Translations under genes and position numbers: made by a program | Shown: positions 17,939 to 30,141 of the stretch, in pieces | How positions within the stretch are numbered: the first letter of the stretch is position 1 | Layout: the number at the start of each line of letters is the position of its first letter | Assembly (NCBI GenBank): GCA_947482665.1 | Contig: CANKJK010000001.1 | Coordinates: 294,457-358,456 of the forward strand | Source: Acidobacteriota bacterium | Lineage (GTDB): Bacteria > Acidobacteriota > Vicinamibacteria > Vicinamibacterales > UBA2999 | Reading direction: 5' to 3' | Length of the DNA: 64,000 bases | The notes under the pieces: generated by a model | Databases searched by the model: none | Told to the model about the DNA's origin: nothing | What the model saw: only the letters and a program-made list of their open reading frames with translations

Positions 17939-19401
17939 TGCGACTGACAAGCTACGAGGAATTCGCCGAACTGGCCCGGCAGGGCACGTTCGTACCGGTG
18001 TGCAAGGAGATCGTGGCCGATCTGCTCACCCCCGTCTCCGCGTTTCTGAAGATTGCGGAAGACGCCGACCACGCGTTTCTGCTCGAGTCGGTGGAGGGCG
18101 GCGAGCAGGTGGCGCGCTACTCGTTCCTGGGCAAGGACCCGTTCATGGTCCTCAGATCCCGCGGCGGCCGCACGCTGATTCAGCAGGGCGGTACCCGCAG
18201 CGAATCGGAACGGCCCTTCTTCGAGGTGCTGCGCGAGGTGATGGCGGGCTATCAGGCCCCCTTCGTCAAGGGCCTGCCGCGCTTCACCGGGGGCGCTGTC
18301 GGCTACCTCGGATACGACACCGCCGCGTGGTTCGAGCCGGTGCCTCTGGTGCCGTCGGTCGATGAGGATGATGCCGGTTTCATGCTGTTTGAGACGGTAC
18401 TGGCGTTTGATCACGTCCGGCACCGGATTCTCATCATCGCGAACGCACGGATTGCTCCGGGCGATGACCTTCGGGCGCAGTACGACTTCGCGTGCACGCG
18501 AATCGGTTTCGTGGAGCGGGAACTCGAGCGGAGCCTCTCGCACCAGGCGCCAGCCCATGGCGGGGCGCTCGACGTGCAGTCGAACATGTCGCAGGTGGAC
18601 TACGAGGTGATGGTGCGCACCGCGAAGGAGCACATCGCCGCCGGGGACATCTATCAAGTTGTGCTCTCGCAGCGTTTCGAAACGGCGATCAAGGCCGACG
18701 CGTTCACGGTCTACCGTGCGCTCCGGCACGTGAATCCGTCGCCCTATATGTATTTCCTCCGGATGGGCGGGCGCTCGATCGTCGGTGCGTCACCCGAGAT
18801 GCTCGTCAGAGTGGAAGGGCGAACAGCGCAGACGCACCCGATTGCCGGCACGCGGCCGCGTGGGAAGTCAGAGGTGGAGGACGCCGCTCTTGCCACGGAG
18901 TTGCTGGCGAGCGAGAAGGAGCGTTCCGAGCACGTGATGCTCGTTGATCTGGGTCGCAACGATTTGGGACGGGTGTGCGAGTACGGCACCGTCCATGTGC
19001 CCCGATACATGGCGATCGAGCGGTACTCCCACGTGATGCACCTCGTGTCCGTGGTGGAGGGCACGCTGGCCGCCGGGAAGGATCGCCTCGACGCGCTCGC
19101 GTCCTGTTTTCCGGCGGGCACCGTGTCCGGCGCTCCCAAGGTGCGGGCCATGGAGATCATCAACACGCTTGAGCGGGACCGTCGTGGGGTCTACGCCGGT
19201 GCGGTCGGGTACCTGGACTTCGCCGGCAATCTCGACTGCTGCATCACCATCCGCACAGTCGTGATGGAGCATGGCCTGGCGAGGGTGCAGGCGGGCGCGG
19301 GCATCGTGGCGGACTCGGACCCGGCCGCGGAGTATCAGGAGACCCGGGACAAGGCGCGGGCCGTGCTGAGCGCGCTCGAACTGGCCGAGGCAGGACTGTG
19401 A
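17938..19401 (+). CDS. trpE: Anthranilate synthase component I
   Basis: FLLESV, NPSPYM, PIAGTRPRG, EHVMLVDLGRND, FPAGTVSGAPK. TGATG coupling to aroDE. Confidence 0.96.
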   Translation: MRLTSYEEFAELARQGTFVPVCKEIVADLLTPVSAFLKIAEDADHAFLLESVEGGEQVARYSFLGKDPFMVLRSRGGRTLIQQGGTRSESERPFFEVLREVMAGYQAPFVKGLPRFTGGAVGYLGYDTAAWFEPVPLVPSVDEDDAGFMLFETVLAFDHVRHRILIIANARIAPGDDLRAQYDFACTRIGFVERELERSLSHQAPAHGGALDVQSNMSQVDYEVMVRTAKEHIAAGDIYQVVLSQRFETAIKADAFTVYRALRHVNPSPYMYFLRMGGRSIVGASPEMLVRVEGRTAQTHPIAGTRPRGKSEVEDAALATELLASEKERSEHVMLVDLGRNDLGRVCEYGTVHVPRYMAIERYSHVMHLVSVVEGTLAAGKDRLDALASCFPAGTVSGAPKVRAMEIINTLERDRRGVYAGAVGYLDFAGNLDCCITIRTVVMEHGLARVQAGAGIVADSDPAAEYQETRDKARAVLSALELAEAGL

Positions 19402-19411
19402 GGGCGGCGTC

Positions 19412-19977
<566 letters not shown>

Positions 19978-19978
<1 letters not shown>

Positions 19979-21003
19979 TGTCGACGCTCGCCCCCCTCAT
20001 TGAGAAGCTGATGCGCCGCGAGGACCTCTCCTCGACGGAGACGGCGGCTGCGATGGAAGAGGTGATGGCCGGTCGCGCGGTGCCCGCGCAACTGGCGGGA
20101 TTCCTCGTGGCGTTGGCCATGAAGGGGGAGCGCCCGGCGGAGATCGTCGGCCTCGCACGGACGATGCGCGCCCAGGCCGTCCCGGTTCTGCGGGCGGCGG
20201 GTGATGTGTTTGATACCTGCGGCACGGGCGGTGATCGCGCCGGCACGTTCAATATCTCGTCCGCGGCGGCTGTCGTCGTGGCCGCATGCGGCGTGAAGGT
20301 GGCGAAGCACGGCAACCGGTCGGTCTCAAGCCGCTGCGGCAGCGCGGATGTCTTCGAGGCGCTGGGTGTCCGCGTGGACGCGTCACCGGACACGGTGGGC
20401 AGGTGCCTCGACGAAGCGGGTATCGCGTTCTTCTTCGCGCCCACGTTCCATCCGTCGATGCGGCATGCCGCGGCGACACGGAAGGAACTGGGCCTCAAGA
20501 CCGCCTTCAACATGCTGGGCCCGCTGACCAATCCGGCTGGTGCGACCAGGCAGATCGTGGGTGTGCCGCGCGCGGAGTGGACAGAGCTGATGGCGCTGGC
20601 ACTCGGGCAACTCGGCAGCCGGCGCGCCTGGGTGGTGCACGGCGCGGACGGGCTCGACGAGATCTCAACGACCGGGCACACCCGGGTGGCGGAATGGCGT
20701 GACGGCGAAGTGCACAGCTTCTTCCTGCATCCAGGGGACGCCGGACTGGCGACGGCTGCTCCGGAGTCGCTGGCCGGCGGTGATGCGGCCGAGAACGCGG
20801 CGACGATCCGGCGCGTGCTGGACGGCGAGTCAGGACCGGCGCGCGATGTCGTGGTGCTGAACGCGGGAGCGGGCCTACTGGTCGCGGGCGCGGTCCACAC
20901 GCTGGTGGAGGGTGTGGCGCGCGCGTCGCAGGCGCTTCACGAGGGTGCGGCGCGGCGGACGCTGGCCGAGATGGCGCGCCTGTCCCAGGAGGTGAGGCCA
21001 TGA
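19978..21003 (+). CDS. trpD: Anthranilate phosphoribosyltransferase
   Basis: DTCGTGGD, NISS, KHGNRSVSSRCGSAD, GLDE. Confidence 0.96.
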
Positions 21004-21800
21004 CCGCGGGCACTCCCGATCTGCTCCAGGCGATTGTGGCCGCGACCGCGCGGACCATTGAGACACGCCGGCAGGAGGAGCCTGACGCGGCCCTCGAGGC
21101 GCGGGCGATGGCGGGGCGGGTGCCGCGGGGCGATCTGTTCGAGGCGGCGCTCGGGCGCGCCGGACGCGTCAACGTGATTGCCGAGTGCAAACGTCGGTCG
21201 CCGTCGAAGGGGATTCTCGCGGCCGACTACGACCCGGTGGCTATTGCCCGTGCCTACACCGAAGGGGGCGCGGCGGCGATCTCGGTCCTGACCGAGCCCT
21301 CGTTTTTCGATGGAGCGTTGGCGCATCTGGCTGCCGTCCGGCCAGCCACGCCCCTGCCGTTACTGCGGAAGGACTTCACGATCGACCGGTATCAACTGCT
21401 CGAGGCACGGGCAAACGGGGCAGATGCCATTCTGCTCATCGTGGCGGCCCTCGATCAGGCCACACTGGTACGTCTGCAGGCGCAGGCCTGGGCCCTCGGG
21501 CTGGCGGTGCTCGTCGAGGTCCACGACGAGGCCGAACTGGAACGGGCCGTGGCCGCAGAGGCCCGGCTGATCGGCGTCAATAACCGGAATCTGCGGACGC
21601 TCGCGGTGGACGTGGAGGCCTCGCGGCGTTTGTCCGTGCGCATGCCCGCGTCGGCCATCGGCGTCAGCGAAAGCGGGCTGTCGTCCGTCGAGGAGCTTCG
21701 GGCCCTGTCCGCGCTGGGCTACCGGGCGTTCCTGATGGGCGAGCGTTTCATGACCGACGCCAACCCGGCCAGGGCCATTGCCGCGATGGTGGGTGCGTGA
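21000..21800 (+). CDS. trpC: Indole-3-glycerol phosphate synthase
   Basis: IAECKRRSPSKG, ISVLTE, LRKDF, GVNNRNL, SESG. Confidence 0.96.
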   Translation: MTAGTPDLLQAIVAATARTIETRRQEEPDAALEARAMAGRVPRGDLFEAALGRAGRVNVIAECKRRSPSKGILAADYDPVAIARAYTEGGAAAISVLTEPSFFDGALAHLAAVRPATPLPLLRKDFTIDRYQLLEARANGADAILLIVAALDQATLVRLQAQAWALGLAVLVEVHDEAELERAVAAEARLIGVNNRNLRTLAVDVEASRRLSVRMPASAIGVSESGLSSVEELRALSALGYRAFLMGERFMTDANPARAIAAMVGA

Positions 21801-22414
21801 CGTTTGTAAAGGTCTGCGGCATCACGCGCGAGGACGACGCGCGCGCGGCACTGACCGCGGGCGCGACCGCGTTGGGGTTCGTGTTCTGGCCGAAGAGTCC
21901 GAGGGTGGTCACGGCGGAGCAGGCCGGCGCCATCATCGGAGCCTTGCCGTATGGGACCAATGCCGTTGGGGTCTTCGTGAACCAGTCGGTGGAGGAGATC
22001 GACCGGGTCGTGCGGACTGCCGGGCTGACGGCCGTGCAGTTACACGGCGATGAATCGCCCGTCGCTCTTCCCGGGATCCACAGGCCGGTCCTCAAGGCCG
22101 TGACGCTGGAGGGTGCGAACGAGGCGCTGGAGACCTGGCCCGACTCGGTGTTGCTGCTGCTGGATGCCCACGATCCGGTGAAACGGGGCGGCACCGGACA
22201 GGCGGTGGATTGGGCCGGCGCGGCCCGCGTTGCCGCGCGGCGGCCGATCGTGCTCGCCGGAGGGCTGCGGCCCGACAACGTGCGGGAGGCGATCGAGACG
22301 GTCCGGCCCTTCGGTCTGGATGTGTCGTCAGGGGTGGAGGACGCCCCGGGAGTGAAGAGCGTGCGAAAGTTGACGGAGTTCTTCGAGATGGTGAGGTCCG
22401 CTGATGGCCGGTGA
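21797..22414 (+). CDS. trpF: Phosphoribosylanthranilate isomerase
   Basis: [35 protein letters not shown]. Confidence 0.96.
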   Translation: MTFVKVCGITREDDARAALTAGATALGFVFWPKSPRVVTAEQAGAIIGALPYGTNAVGVFVNQSVEEIDRVVRTAGLTAVQLHGDESPVALPGIHRPVLKAVTLEGANEALETWPDSVLLLLDAHDPVKRGGTGQAVDWAGAARVAARRPIVLAGGLRPDNVREAIETVRPFGLDVSSGVEDAPGVKSVRKLTEFFEMVRSADGR

Positions 22415-23630
22415 AGCAGGACGCGTCGGGCGCCGTGACCCGGATGCCAGGGGCTACTTCGGGGCCTACGGAGGCCGTTTCGTACCTGAAACCCTTGTCG
22501 CGCCGATTGAGGAGCTGACCGAGGCGTATTTCGCGGCGCGCGGCGAGGAAGCGTTCCAGCGCGAACTGGACGACCTGCTGGCGCACTACGTGGGTCGGCC
22601 CACGCCGCTCTACGAGGCGACGAGGCTTGCGGCATCGGTTGGGAACGCGCGAATCTTCCTGAAGCGCGAGGACCTGACCCACACAGGCGCGCACAAGATT
22701 AATAACGCCCTTGGCCAGGTGCTGCTGGCGAAGCGGATGGGCAAGCGCCGCATTGTCGCGGAGACCGGGGCGGGCCAGCACGGCGTGGCGACGGCGACGG
22801 CCTGCGCGCTGCTCGGGCTGGAGTGTCATGTCTACATGGGCGCCGACGATATGGTGCGGCAGGCGCTCAACGTCGTGCGGATGGAACTGCTTGGCGCGAC
22901 CGTGCGGAAGGTGACCGCTGGCAGCCGGACGTTGAAGGACGCCATCAGCGAAGCCATGCGGGACTGGGTCACCAACGTCACCGACACGTTCTACGTGCTC
23001 GGCTCGGCGCTGGGACCGCATCCCTATCCGTTGATGGTGCGGGAATTTCAGGCCGTCATCGGTCGCGAGGCGCGCGCGCAGGTGCTTCGGCAGGCGGGCC
23101 GCCTCCCGGACCTCGTGGTGGCGTGCGTCGGCGGCGGCAGCAACGCCATCGGCATCTTCGATGGGTTCATCGACGACGCGTCGGTGCGCCTAATTGGTGT
23201 TGAGGCCGGTGGAGAGGCGATCGAGCCCGGCCGCCACGCGGCGAGGTTCGATGGCGGCAGCACGGGCGTGCTGCAGGGCACGCGCACCTTCGTGCTGCAG
23301 GACCCGGCCGGGAACATCGAACTCACGCACTCGATTTCGGCAGGGCTCGACTATGCAGCCGTGGGACCGGAACATGCCTGGCTGCGCGAGATCGGCCGGA
23401 CCGAGTACGCGCACGTCAGTGACGCGGAGGCGCTCGACGGCTTCAAGGCGCTCGCGAGGCTGGAAGGCATCATCCCGGCGCTGGAGTCGTCGCACGCCAT
23501 CGCCCACGCGATGAAGCTCGCCCCAGGACTGCCGCAGGGGACCGTGATGGTGGTGAATCTGTCTGGGCGGGGCGACAAGGACGTGCAGAGCGTCTCCGCC
23601 GTGCTAGCGGCCGCGGAGGCGCGCTCATGA
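22404..23630 (+). CDS. trpB: Tryptophan synthase beta chain
   Basis: [47 protein letters not shown]. Confidence 0.98.
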   Translation: MAGEAGRVGRRDPDARGYFGAYGGRFVPETLVAPIEELTEAYFAARGEEAFQRELDDLLAHYVGRPTPLYEATRLAASVGNARIFLKREDLTHTGAHKINNALGQVLLAKRMGKRRIVAETGAGQHGVATATACALLGLECHVYMGADDMVRQALNVVRMELLGATVRKVTAGSRTLKDAISEAMRDWVTNVTDTFYVLGSALGPHPYPLMVREFQAVIGREARAQVLRQAGRLPDLVVACVGGGSNAIGIFDGFIDDASVRLIGVEAGGEAIEPGRHAARFDGGSTGVLQGTRTFVLQDPAGNIELTHSISAGLDYAAVGPEHAWLREIGRTEYAHVSDAEALDGFKALARLEGIIPALESSHAIAHAMKLAPGLPQGTVMVVNLSGRGDKDVQSVSAVLAAAEARS

Positions 23631-24412
23631 GCCGTATCGCGGCAGCATTCGCCCGCCTCAAGGCGGAGGGCCGCACGGGCCTGGTGACGTTCGTAACCGC
23701 CGGAGACCCTTCGCTGGAGCACTCGGCCGAGATCCTCATGGCGGCCGACCGCGGCGGTGCGGACGTGCTCGAAGTCGGCGTGCCCTTCTCCGAGCCTCTG
23801 GCCGATGGTCCCGTGATCCAGCGGGCGACGGAACGGGCGCTGGCCGCGGGCACGACGCTCGATGGCGTGCTCACCATGGTGGCGGGGGTCCGGAGCCGCC
23901 TGCGGGCGCCGGTGGTTCTCTTCAGCTACGCCAACCCGATTCTGCGGATGGGTGTCGAGGCCTTTGCCGAACGGGCGGCCTCGGCTGGGGTGGATGGGGT
24001 CCTGATGGTCGATCTACCGCTCGAAGAAGCGGGGGACTGCCGGGCCGTCTACGAATCCCGCGGGATTGATACAATTTTCCTGCTGAGCCCCACGACAAGC
24101 GATCGTCGGATTCGGCAGGCCTCAAGTCTGGGTAGTGGTTTTCTGTACGCGATTTCGCGGCTGGGGGTCACCGGGTCCCGTGACACGCTGGCGGACGGGG
24201 CCGAAGCGATCGTGGCCCGGATCCGGGCCGCGAGCCAGTTGCCGGTTGCAGTGGGTTTCGGCATCTCGAAGCCGGAGCATGTGCACGAAGTGGGAAAGTG
24301 GGCGGACGCGGCCGTGGTCGGCAGCGCCCTGGTGAACCTGATCGCTGAGTCCGGGACGGCGCCGGATCTTCCGGCGCGTGTCGAGGAGTATGTGCGGTGG
24401 CTGAAGGACTGA
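23627..24412 (+). CDS. trpA: Tryptophan synthase alpha chain
   Basis: [36 protein letters not shown]. Confidence 0.97.
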   Translation: MSRIAAAFARLKAEGRTGLVTFVTAGDPSLEHSAEILMAADRGGADVLEVGVPFSEPLADGPVIQRATERALAAGTTLDGVLTMVAGVRSRLRAPVVLFSYANPILRMGVEAFAERAASAGVDGVLMVDLPLEEAGDCRAVYESRGIDTIFLLSPTTSDRRIRQASSLGSGFLYAISRLGVTGSRDTLADGAEAIVARIRAASQLPVAVGFGISKPEHVHEVGKWADAAVVGSALVNLIAESGTAPDLPARVEEYVRWLKD

Positions 24413-24696
24413 CAATCGAGGAACTCCGGGGGCGCATCGATGTGATCGATGACCAACTGGTGCGTCTGCTGAATGTGCGGGTGGCGTGCGCGGTGGAAGT
24501 GGGACGGCTGAAGCAGGCACAGGGCCTGCCGGTCTATCAGCCCGATCGCGAGAAGCAGGTGCTGGGCCTGGTGCAGGAACGCGCCACGACCCTTGCCGGT
24601 CCGCTGAATGCGGATGCGGTGGTCAGGATTTTTGAACGGGTGATGGATGAATCCCGTCGGGCCGAACGCCGCGCGGCGGACGGCGACGAGACATAA
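24397..24696 (+). CDS. Chorismate mutase (AroQ class, monofunctional)
   Basis: [22 protein letters not shown]...VGRLK...VYQPDRE. Confidence 0.9.
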   Translation: MAEGLTIEELRGRIDVIDDQLVRLLNVRVACAVEVGRLKQAQGLPVYQPDREKQVLGLVQERATTLAGPLNADAVVRIFERVMDESRRAERRAADGDET

Positions 24697-24706
24697 GGGG
24701 CACGTC

Positions 24707-25744
24707 ATGGTTGTGGTGATGCAGGAACGGGCGAGTGAAGCCCAGATTGATGCGGTTATTGCCAAGATCGTCGGGCTCGGGATGGACGTGCACCGCTCGT
24801 CGGGTGCCACGCGGACCGTGCTCGGGGTGGTCGGGGCGCACAAGGTGGACCCCGATTTGCTCCGGATTCTCGACGGAGTGAAGGACGTGGTGCGGATCAG
24901 CGAGCCGTTCAAGCTCGCGAGCCGGACCTTCAAACAGAGCGACACCGTGATTTCGATCGGTGACGTGAAGATCGGCGGAGACGAGGTCATCGTGATGGCC
25001 GGTCCGTGCTCTGCCGAGAACCCCGCACAGGTGGACGCCACGGCCGCTGCCGTCAAGCGCGCCGGCGCGAAGATTCTGCGCGGGGGTGCATTCAAGCCGC
25101 GCAGTTCCCCGTACAGCTTCCAGGGCCACGGCGAAGCCGGGCTGCAGATGCTGCGCGAGTCGGGTGATAAGTACGGCCTGAAGGTGATCTCCGAGGTGAT
25201 GGACGTCAGTCAGATCGAGCTGATCGGCCGCTACTGCGACATCTATCAGGTCGGAGCGCGCAACATGCAGAACTTCACGCTGCTGCGTGAGCTCGGCAAG
25301 ACGCGCAAGCCCGTCATGCTCAAGCGCGGGCTGTCGTCGACGATCGAGGAGTGGTTGATGTCGGCGGAGTACATCCTCTCCGGCGGCAACTCGGATGTGA
25401 TGCTCTGCGAGCGCGGCATCCGGACCTTCGAGACCGCCACGCGGAACACGTTTGACGTCTCCGCGATTCCGGTCGTGAAGAAGCTGAGCCACCTGCCTGT
25501 CATCGCGGACCCAAGTCACGGTGCGGGACGCCGGGACATGGTCGCGCCGATGGCGCGTGCGGCCGTGGCCGCCGGTGCGGACGGGCTCATCATCGAGGTG
25601 CACAATGATCCCGACCGGGCGCTCTCGGACGGGGCGCAGTCGATGTTCCCGGAGCAGTTCGACCGGTTGCTGTCGGAGCTGCGGATCATCGCACCGGCCA
25701 TTGGCCGGAGCATCTGCCTCGACCCGCCCGCGACGCGCCGCTAA
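24707..25744 (+). CDS. aroF: DAHP synthase type I-beta with N-terminal ferredoxin-like/ACT regulatory domain
   Basis: [42 protein letters not shown]. Confidence 0.93.
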   Translation: MVVVMQERASEAQIDAVIAKIVGLGMDVHRSSGATRTVLGVVGAHKVDPDLLRILDGVKDVVRISEPFKLASRTFKQSDTVISIGDVKIGGDEVIVMAGPCSAENPAQVDATAAAVKRAGAKILRGGAFKPRSSPYSFQGHGEAGLQMLRESGDKYGLKVISEVMDVSQIELIGRYCDIYQVGARNMQNFTLLRELGKTRKPVMLKRGLSSTIEEWLMSAEYILSGGNSDVMLCERGIRTFETATRNTFDVSAIPVVKKLSHLPVIADPSHGAGRRDMVAPMARAAVAAGADGLIIEVHNDPDRALSDGAQSMFPEQFDRLLSELRIIAPAIGRSICLDPPATRR

Positions 25745-25762
25745 GGCAGGCCGGGCGGTTGC

Positions 25763-26677
25763 ATGGCTGAGAACCCGACGGGCCGGGCCCTGCCGATGGT
25801 GCAGGCGAGAGACCTGACGCCGGATCCGGTGTTCGAGCGGATCGGGATCGTCGGTCTCGGGCTCATCGGGGGGTCGATTGCGCTCGCGGCCCGCGCCCGC
25901 TGGCCACGGGGGCTGGTGATTGCCGTGGATCGGAAGGACGTCCTCGAGCAGGCGATGCTCCGCCATGCCGTGGATGTGGCCGCCGATGACCTCTCCATTC
26001 TCGCGGGCGCGGATCTGGTCATTCTCGCCGCGCCGGTTTTGGAGAACGTCCGTCTCCTCGCGGAGCTGCCGCGGCATCTGGCCGGGCCGGCGATCGTGAC
26101 GGACGTCAGCAGCACGAAGGCGGCCATCGTTGAGGCCGCGCGCGTGCTCCCTGCAGGGCTCCGTTTTGTCGGCGGGCATCCGATGGCAGGGGCGGCGGTG
26201 GGCGGCTTCGGACACGCGAGGCCGGATCTTTTCCAGAACCGGCCATGGCTGCTGACGCCCGACGCGACGATCCCGCCCGAGGTTGTGCAGCAGCTCTCGG
26301 CCTTCGCCGAAGGGTTGGGGAGTGCCGTGTCGACGCTGACCCCGTCGGAGCACGACCGGTTGCTGGCGGCGCTGAGCCACCTACCCCAGCTCACCGTAAG
26401 TGCGCTGATGGCGGTGGTGGGCGCGGAGGCTGGAGAGGCGGGGCTGGCGCTGGCCGGCCGCGGCCTCGTGGATACGACGCGGCTCGCCTCGAGCCCTGCC
26501 GATGTGTGGCGCGATATCGCGTCGACAAACGCTGAGCAGCTCGGCCGGGTGCTGGACGCGCTGATCGCGCGTCTGACGCATCTCCGCCAGGGGCTCGACG
26601 ACGGCCAGGCGCTTGAGGCCACGTTTGAAGAGGCTGCCCGTTGGCGGGCGGCGTTGATGAAGGATCGAACCAGTTAG
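25763..26677 (+). CDS. tyrA: Prephenate/arogenate dehydrogenase
   Basis: [24 protein letters not shown]...SHLPQ, TRLASS...W. Confidence 0.92.
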   Translation: MAENPTGRALPMVQARDLTPDPVFERIGIVGLGLIGGSIALAARARWPRGLVIAVDRKDVLEQAMLRHAVDVAADDLSILAGADLVILAAPVLENVRLLAELPRHLAGPAIVTDVSSTKAAIVEAARVLPAGLRFVGGHPMAGAAVGGFGHARPDLFQNRPWLLTPDATIPPEVVQQLSAFAEGLGSAVSTLTPSEHDRLLAALSHLPQLTVSALMAVVGAEAGEAGLALAGRGLVDTTRLASSPADVWRDIASTNAEQLGRVLDALIARLTHLRQGLDDGQALEATFEEAARWRAALMKDRTS

Positions 26678-26699
26678 ACCTGTTCCCAGAGGAGTCACG

Positions 26700-27896
26700 A
26701 TGTCGAAGTACGAGCCTGCTGTCATTCTGAGCGCCGTCCGCACCCCCATCGGATCATTCGGTGGATCGCTGAAGGACCTGTCCGCCGTGGACCTGGGTGC
26801 GATCGTGGTCCGCGAGGCGCTCTCGCGCGCGGCCGTGCAGGGCAGTGACGTGGGCGATGTGATCCTGGGCTGCGTGCTGCAGGCCGGTAACGGCATGAAT
26901 GTCGCGCGTCAGGTGTCCCTCAAGGCGGGTCTGCCGCAGGAGGTGCCGGCCGAGACGATCAATCGCGTCTGCGGTTCAGGCCTTCAGGCCGTTGCGCACG
27001 CGGCCGAGGCGACGCATCTTGGGTATTCCGAGGTTGTCGTCGCCGGTGGTACCGAGTCGATGACCAACGCGCCGTACATCCTGAAGGGCGCACGCTGGGG
27101 CTACCGGATGGGGAATGCCGAAGCCGTCGACATCATGGTCGGCGAGGGGCTGACCTGCGCGCTGGAGCAGTGCCACATGGGCATCACGGCCGAGGAAGTC
27201 GCGAAGCGCTGGAACATTAGCCGCGAGGACCAGGACGCCTTCTCCGCCGAGAGTCAGCGGCGTGCCGTGGCCGCCGTCGAAGGCGGACTCTTTGCAGACG
27301 AGATCATCCCGGTCACGATTCCCCAGCGCAAGGGCGACCCCGTCGTCTTCTCGAAGGATGAGTTCCCGCGCGCGGGGACGACCGCGGACAAGCTGGCGGC
27401 GCTGCGACCTGCGTTTACGAAGGAGGGTTCGGTCACCGCGGGAAACGCCTCGGGCATCAACGATGGCGCCGCGGCGCTGATCGTGGCCTCCGCGGCGAAG
27501 GCCTCTGCGCTCGGTCGCGCGCCACTGGCGCGCATCCTGTCGTTTGCCACGGTGGGTGTTGAGCCGAAGGTCATGGGTATCGGTCCGGTGCCGGCGGTCC
27601 GCAAGGCCCTTGAGCGCGCGGGCCTCACGATGGCGGACATCGATCTGTTCGAGCTCAATGAGGCGTTTGCCTCGCAGTCACTGGCGGTGGCGCGTGAACT
27701 GAAGGCGGACGCGGCGCGCGTCAACGTGCGTGGCGGGGCCATCGCTCTCGGTCATCCCATTGGTGCCAGCGGCGCGCGCGTGCTGACCACGCTCATCTAT
27801 GCGCTTCGCGCGCAGGGCGGCGGAAAGGGTGTCGCAGCGCTGTGCATTGGCGGCGGGCAGGGCATCGCGATGGTCGTTGAGGTGCCGAAGGCCTGA
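26700..27896 (+). CDS. atoB: Acetyl-CoA C-acetyltransferase (thiolase)
   Basis: [42 protein letters not shown]. Confidence 0.93.
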   Translation: MSKYEPAVILSAVRTPIGSFGGSLKDLSAVDLGAIVVREALSRAAVQGSDVGDVILGCVLQAGNGMNVARQVSLKAGLPQEVPAETINRVCGSGLQAVAHAAEATHLGYSEVVVAGGTESMTNAPYILKGARWGYRMGNAEAVDIMVGEGLTCALEQCHMGITAEEVAKRWNISREDQDAFSAESQRRAVAAVEGGLFADEIIPVTIPQRKGDPVVFSKDEFPRAGTTADKLAALRPAFTKEGSVTAGNASGINDGAAALIVASAAKASALGRAPLARILSFATVGVEPKVMGIGPVPAVRKALERAGLTMADIDLFELNEAFASQSLAVARELKADAARVNVRGGAIALGHPIGASGARVLTTLIYALRAQGGGKGVAALCIGGGQGIAMVVEVPKA

Positions 27897-27929
27897 CGGC
27901 GCTGCGTGATCGGGGCCCGGCGCCGAAGA

Positions 27930-27978
27930 GCCCCATGCTGGCGTGCTCGCCCTCACCGGGTGGCGCGCAGCATGGGGC
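27930..27978. repeat. Long inverted repeat between convergent genes (possible terminator or REP-like element)
   Basis: GCCCCATGCTG (27930-40) pairs perfectly with CAGCATGGGGC (27968-78); no U-tract. Confidence 0.55.
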
Positions 27979-28031
27979 GTCTCGTGAGGAGGCGCTAGGG
28001 TCTGGTCACTGCCGAGGCTGCGGTCGGCCGC

Positions 28032-29207
28032 TTAGGTACGGCGGGAACGGCTCAGGACCGACTCGACGCGCGCCATGACGACCGGCCAGCGATACTCCCG
28101 GTCGACGTAGTCCCGACCTGCCGCCCCGAGGGTATGGGCCTCCGCCTCGTGGGTTAGCAGGTAGGACAACGATTCCGAGAACTCGAGCGGAGACCGGTAG
28201 GCGAGACCACCGCCGGCGCGGTGTACCTGGCCCGCAAGGACGCGGCACTGACCGTTGACGAGCGCGGGCACGCCGCGATTCCACCCCTCGAGGAGCGCGA
28301 TGCTGAGGCTCTCAAAACGCGAGGGGACGGCAAGCAGTGTCGCGTGCGCGAAGAGCGCATCGCGAACCTCGGCTGAGACGAAGCCAAGACTCCTGATCCG
28401 GCTGTCAGTCGGCAAGGGCTCGGCCCCTGGACCGGCGAAGACGAGCGTCGTGGGCTGACCACCCTGCGCGAGGTGTTCCAGGAAGAGTGCGGCGAGCGTA
28501 TGCGCGCCTTTGTTCCGGTCGACGCGTCCAAGGCAGAGCACGTACTGCTCGGGGAGTCCGAGGGCGTCAAGCGGTGCCCGATCAGGCGTCGTCCCTGCTG
28601 GTTCGATGCCGATGCCACTGACGGCCGTGACCGGAAGGGCTCGCCCCGCACTCGTTTCCACGAGCGTCTGTTCCTCAGGCGTCATGAACAGATAACCGGC
28701 CGGACGTGAAAACAGCGCCTCGAGTTGACCGAGCCGGATGGCGGGATCCTCCTCGGCAGTCGGGACGAGAATCGCCCGATTCGCCACGTGCGGCAATCCG
28801 AAGTAGGACGGGTAGTAGCGGAACGTGAAGAAGAGTACCCGGTCGTACCGCGAACCCTCGGCGCGGAGATGCTCGACCAGTGCCGGGACCTGGGGACCAT
28901 TCTCGCGAAACCACTCGTCCTCGAGGTCCGGAGACACCGGATCAGGTCCGAAGACGGCGTCGCTCAGATCACGAAACCGCCCGGCCTGGCGTTCGCGCAG
29001 GACGGGAAAGCGTCTGACTGTGACACCGCGCTCCTGTGTCACGCCGGCCGGGACCGCATTGGCCCAGGTGAGGTAGTCGCGGGCGCAGGAGGTGAGAACC
29101 GTGACGTCGTGGTGTGCGGACAACCGCTCTGCGTATTCCCGGCAGAGCGCTTCAGAGCCGCCTGCGATGTCGGCGCCGTAGCGTTGAACGACGAGGGCGA
29201 GCTTCAC
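28032..29207 (-). CDS. Glycosyltransferase family 4 (GT-B fold)
   Basis: VVQRYG...GGSE, LGRVDRNKG, PSRFESLSIALLE (E-x7-E motif). Confidence 0.9.
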   Translation of the reverse strand: MKLALVVQRYGADIAGGSEALCREYAERLSAHHDVTVLTSCARDYLTWANAVPAGVTQERGVTVRRFPVLRERQAGRFRDLSDAVFGPDPVSPDLEDEWFRENGPQVPALVEHLRAEGSRYDRVLFFTFRYYPSYFGLPHVANRAILVPTAEEDPAIRLGQLEALFSRPAGYLFMTPEEQTLVETSAGRALPVTAVSGIGIEPAGTTPDRAPLDALGLPEQYVLCLGRVDRNKGAHTLAALFLEHLAQGGQPTTLVFAGPGAEPLPTDSRIRSLGFVSAEVRDALFAHATLLAVPSRFESLSIALLEGWNRGVPALVNGQCRVLAGQVHRAGGGLAYRSPLEFSESLSYLLTHEAEAHTLGAAGRDYVDREYRWPVVMARVESVLSRSRRT

Positions 29208-29662
29208 CGGCCGGCAAGGCGCTGGAGTTCAGCGTTGAGCCGCGTATTTTCGATGGCGAGCTCTTGCACGGCGGCAAAGAGGGCCTCGTTCACCCGTTGC
29301 TGCCGCGCGAAGTTGTCTCGACTGAACTCGAAGAGCCAGCGGACGACGGGTAGCACGGTGCGGATCTTCAACCAGACCAGAAGGGGCCCGAGGACGCCGC
29401 CGCGATGCGACTGTGTTCGAAGCGCCGTCTCAAGACGCCACGTGGACGGTTCGCCGAGGACCTCGGCGAACAGGAGGCCGCCGGGGTGGTGGTCGGCCGC
29501 TCGACGCAGCACGGCCTCGACGGCGTCGAGTACGCGGGGGTCGTCCAGCGCCTCGGAGGCGCCGTGACGCCGGAGCTCGACGCGGAGCCGCTCGCGAATG
29601 CGGGCGCGGACCTCGGTCGCGATGAGGTCGGCCGGTCGGTGCTGGTCGGTCGTCGCCGTCAC
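29204..29662 (-). CDS. Hypothetical protein with amphipathic helix and C-terminal coiled coil
   Basis: GTG start overlaps the upstream stop and its own stop overlaps the GT4 start. SHRGG...RWLF...QQRVNEAL...ENTRLNAEL. Confidence 0.65.
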   Translation of the reverse strand: MTATTDQHRPADLIATEVRARIRERLRVELRRHGASEALDDPRVLDAVEAVLRRAADHHPGGLLFAEVLGEPSTWRLETALRTQSHRGGVLGPLLVWLKIRTVLPVVRWLFEFSRDNFARQQRVNEALFAAVQELAIENTRLNAELQRLAGR

Positions 29663-30096
29663 TGTTCGCCCAGGGCGCTCTGGATCTGCACGTTGGCGGA
29701 GGTGAACGCGTTCACGCGCCCCTTCTGCTTCAGGCGCAGTGTCAGTTTGTAGGTGCCGCCCGCGCGGTAGGTGTGCTCCGCGCCGTAGCGGCGGGTGATG
29801 ACGCTGCGGCCCGCCTCGTAGGGCTCGCAATCCGCTGAGGATTCCGACGTGGTGTCGTCGCCCCAGACCCATTCCAGTTGTGGGCAGTAGAGCTCGGGGT
29901 TGTCCTCGGCCCCGCCCTTGATCTCGACCGATGCCCGCACGCGGGCAGGGGCCACGGCCATGGAGGGTGTGACCTTGAGTGATAAACTCACTCTTTTGCT
30001 TTTGTCGTCCGCCGCGCCACTCGCGCCCCCCGAGACGAGGAGGGTGAGCAGGACGGCCAGTGTCCAGGTGGTCGAGCGGACCAGCGTGTGAGTCAT
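29659..30096 (-). CDS. Exported PKD-like domain protein
   Basis: Signal peptide; WVWGDD and HTYRAGGTYKLTL match the PKD pattern (WDFGDG / HTY...G.Y.V.L). Confidence 0.72.
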   Translation of the reverse strand: MTHTLVRSTTWTLAVLLTLLVSGGASGAADDKSKRVSLSLKVTPSMAVAPARVRASVEIKGGAEDNPELYCPQLEWVWGDDTTSESSADCEPYEAGRSVITRRYGAEHTYRAGGTYKLTLRLKQKGRVNAFTSANVQIQSALGEQ

Positions 30097-30141
30097 GTGA
30101 ATATCCGGAGCAGGATGACCGGATTGTAGCAAGGAGCAGGG

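Noticed and set aside
24623-26380. 585-aa antisense ORF, and similar long shadow ORFs (16466-17950, 38933-40327, 50870-52177, 14332-15663)
   Set aside because: They lie opposite well-supported genes, are Arg/Pro/Gly-rich with no motifs, and are expected from stop-codon scarcity in GC-rich DNA.
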